Source: a virus
Length of the DNA stretch: 40,419 bases
Direction: 5' to 3' (one strand)
IMG/VR virus record: IMGVR_UViG_3300048080_000240
Location: 1 to 40,419 of that record
The notes under the pieces were generated by a model. It was given only the letters and a program-made list of their open reading frames with translations. It had not been told where the DNA came from and did not search any database. Position numbers and translations under genes: made by a program. Below, in pieces: positions 40,059 to 40,419 of the stretch. How positions within the stretch are numbered: position 1 is the first letter of the stretch; every line of letters begins with the position of its first letter.

Positions 40059-40419
40059 GAACGTCGCCGTTACCGGCTTCACGGTCGGCATGGTCGCGCG
40101 AGCCGACGGGACGGACATCACGACCGGCACGGTCAATGGCTTTCGGACCTTGGACGGTGGCACGCAGACGGCGCTTGGCGGCACGCCAGTTCACGAAGGC
40201 AACGGCCAGTGGTCGGTCAACCTCACAGCCGCCGAGATGAACGGCGACATCGTGGGACTCGTCTTCACCCACACAAGCGCCATCACGGTGCAGGTGACGA
40301 TCAAGACGACAACCATCAACCCCGACGCGAGCGGCAACGTGGGCGCCGATGTCCAGGAGTGGCGAGGAACCGTGCCGCTCGTCCTCACCGCTGCGGGGCG
40401 GGTCGATGCCGATGCGGTG
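40048..40419 (+). CDS. Glycine-rich tail fibre/spike-like protein, N-terminal segment (open at the window end; continues in frame through the terminal repeat into 128..1387, about 543 aa in total)
   Basis: ATG 40048 has GGAGG 8 nt upstream and overlaps the end of the upstream gene (stop 40056..40058). The translation MFTKNVAVTGFTVGMVARADGTD... has no stop before the window end. Its codon phase matches ORF 2..1387 via the repeat. Confidence 0.8.
   Translation, partial: MFTKNVAVTGFTVGMVARADGTDITTGTVNGFRTLDGGTQTALGGTPVHEGNGQWSVNLTAAEMNGDIVGLVFTHTSAITVQVTIKTTTINPDASGNVGADVQEWRGTVPLVLTAAGRVDADAV
40293..40419. repeat. Terminal direct repeat copy B (identical to 1..127)
   Basis: Same comparison as copy A; the repeat lies inside a coding region and preserves its reading frame. 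Confidence 0.95.

Noticed and set aside
1-40419. CRISPR arrays, rRNA genes, insertion sequences and integrase/att sites
   Set aside because: I saw no regularly spaced direct repeats with unique spacers, no rRNA-like stretches, no transposase-like ORFs with inverted repeats, and no tyrosine or serine recombinase motifs in any frame of the track.

Overview
The window is a complete tailed-phage genome, closed into a circle. Its first 127 bp recur exactly at 40293..40419, so the unique unit is 40292 bp. One tail-fibre gene runs across the junction. The sequence is visibly GC-rich (about two thirds G+C by eye). Genes are tightly packed, with Shine-Dalgarno sites of the GGAGG type and many ATGA or TGATG stop-start overlaps.

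There appear to be three transcription blocks:
- A long rightward block from about 22958, through the window end and start, to 14002. It carries small early-type genes, RusA and MazG-like genes, and the large terminase. A 2.9-kb insert follows, then portal, scaffold, major capsid and three tandem decoration paralogues. The rest is LamG-like and glycine-rich fibre proteins, tail proteins, three internal-virion-like proteins (one of 1513 aa), a lysis cassette and two secreted or outer-membrane moron genes. It ends at a clear intrinsic terminator.
- A rightward early operon at 14148..18664. It encodes an HTH regulator, a candidate annealing protein, a membrane-anchored LamG protein and a Gp157/Gam-like protein.
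- A leftward operon at 22279..18828. It encodes small Cys-rich proteins, DUF2786, an ArdC-N-like protein, an acidic zinc-finger protein and an HTH protein.

I found no tape measure, integrase, DNA or RNA polymerase, reverse transcriptase, tRNA or CRISPR array. The gene order looks podovirus-like.

The observations most worth a second look are:
- a 678-bp ORF-free, strongly G-rich control region between the divergent operons (22280..22957), with a dense G-run array and perfect hairpins;
- a textbook-looking -1 frameshift cassette at 18455..18518;
- two unlisted small ORFs embedded in ATGA-coupled chains;
- a 16-nt junction cassette reused at consecutive gene boundaries;
- a low-GC moron pair with identical translation-initiation regions.

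All family names come from recognising motifs in the translations by eye. They need confirmation by HMM or structure searches.
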